Shown here piece after piece: positions 63,253 to 64,000 of a stretch of DNA of 64,000 nt. The number at the start of each line of letters is the position of its first letter. Position 1 is the first letter of the stretch. This DNA is from Balanoglossus misakiensis (lineage: Eukaryota; Animalia; Hemichordata), in contig CM082584.2 of the NCBI GenBank assembly GCA_040954595.2, positions 792,281-856,280 of the forward strand, read 5' to 3'. A program made the position numbers and the translations under genes. Under the pieces are notes generated by a model. That model saw nothing but the letters and a program-made list of their open reading frames with translations, made no database searches and had not been told where the DNA came from.

Positions 63253-63820
63253 GTGAGTAGTAATTGTTATTTTTCGAGTATTTTATTCCCCTTCTGTTCT
63301 ATTGAAATGACTTTGGTGACATGTCTAGGGTACTGATCCCAGGCTGTGTGAGGACCAGCTCTGTATTCCCTATACAGCTGGTGTTTGCATTATTGCAAAA
63401 TATTCCATTCATGCAAGTGAAAACAAATTATTTTGTGTCTTAACACACAAACATTTTCAGTTTTTGGCAACCCCATCAGTTCTGCCCACCTTCCTTCATG
63501 TTGCGGCATCCTGTATTCTAAAGATTCATGCATTCGAAATATACTGCAAAACGTGTTATTTTCGCGAGCAGTAAATTTCTGCAAAACATGCGCTGGTCAA
63601 AAAAACGTTAAAATAAAAAGTTGTGTAAAATGTTTTTGGAGATAATGATGCAGTTAGTGAAATACGAGAACTCGAAAATTCGTCCTCACGTAACAGTCGC
63701 CTCTTTTAATATCGCGAAAATTTCCTGTCGTGAAAACAACCCAGTTTACAGTACACACTTCCGGTTGGTATTGTAATGTGGCATATGTAAGAATTTTTTG
63801 CATGTTGTTTTATCCATTAG

Positions 63821-63969
63821 CTCTGCTGATGCTGCAGCTGTAGTTATTGAAGATGCAGTCAACTATGGTCCTTTTGATACAGCTAAATATTCGGTCGACG
63901 CTGAGACATTACAAGTTGAAAGTACAATATTCTGTTCCAATGGTAGTGTTCTTGTTGGAGAAGAATGTG
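63821..63969 (+). CDS. SVEP1-like gene exon leading into a Cys-rich (GCC2/ephrin-receptor-like) repeat
   Basis: SADAAAVVIEDAVNYGPFDTAKYSVDAETLQVESTIFCSNGSVLVGEEC. The phase 2 start fits the previous exon. GTGAGT donor. Confidence 0.85.
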
Positions 63970-64000
63970 GTGAGTGCCTATACTCCTCAGTTGTTATGTA

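Noticed and set aside
63329-63380. Extra SVEP1-like exon (GTDPRLCEDQL)
   Set aside because: Weak acceptor and wrong phase. Exon 63000-63252 already joins 63821 in frame.

Overview
AT-rich animal genomic DNA with GT-AG introns, TACA microsatellites and Helentron-type repeats. An invertebrate deuterostome-like source is an inference only. It is not prokaryotic and has no CRISPR array. From left to right the window holds: (1) the 5' end of an unidentified spliced minus-strand gene whose promoter abuts (2) a ~10.8-kb satellite of 81-86-bp monomers with higher-order structure; (3) a ~4.5-kb inverted duplication (12802-17391 / 26132-30445), each arm carrying an NRF1/YY1 promoter and spliced, apparently non-coding exons, around a decayed signal-peptide/pentraxin/WSC-like gene; (4) many non-autonomous DNA transposons with visible target-site duplications (TSDs) and often an empty site elsewhere in the window; (5) a GC-rich retroelement-like ORF remnant; (6) a second fold-back region (~40.6-58.6 kb) in which five exons of a tandem OB-fold (RPA-like) gene are scattered in several copies on both strands, together with a 309-bp tandem array hit by a 5'-truncated LINE and two tRNA-like copies; (7) six exons of an SVEP1-like pentraxin-EGF-HYR-sushi gene, one with a broken splice acceptor. 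All coordinates and alignments were read by eye and no database searches were run.
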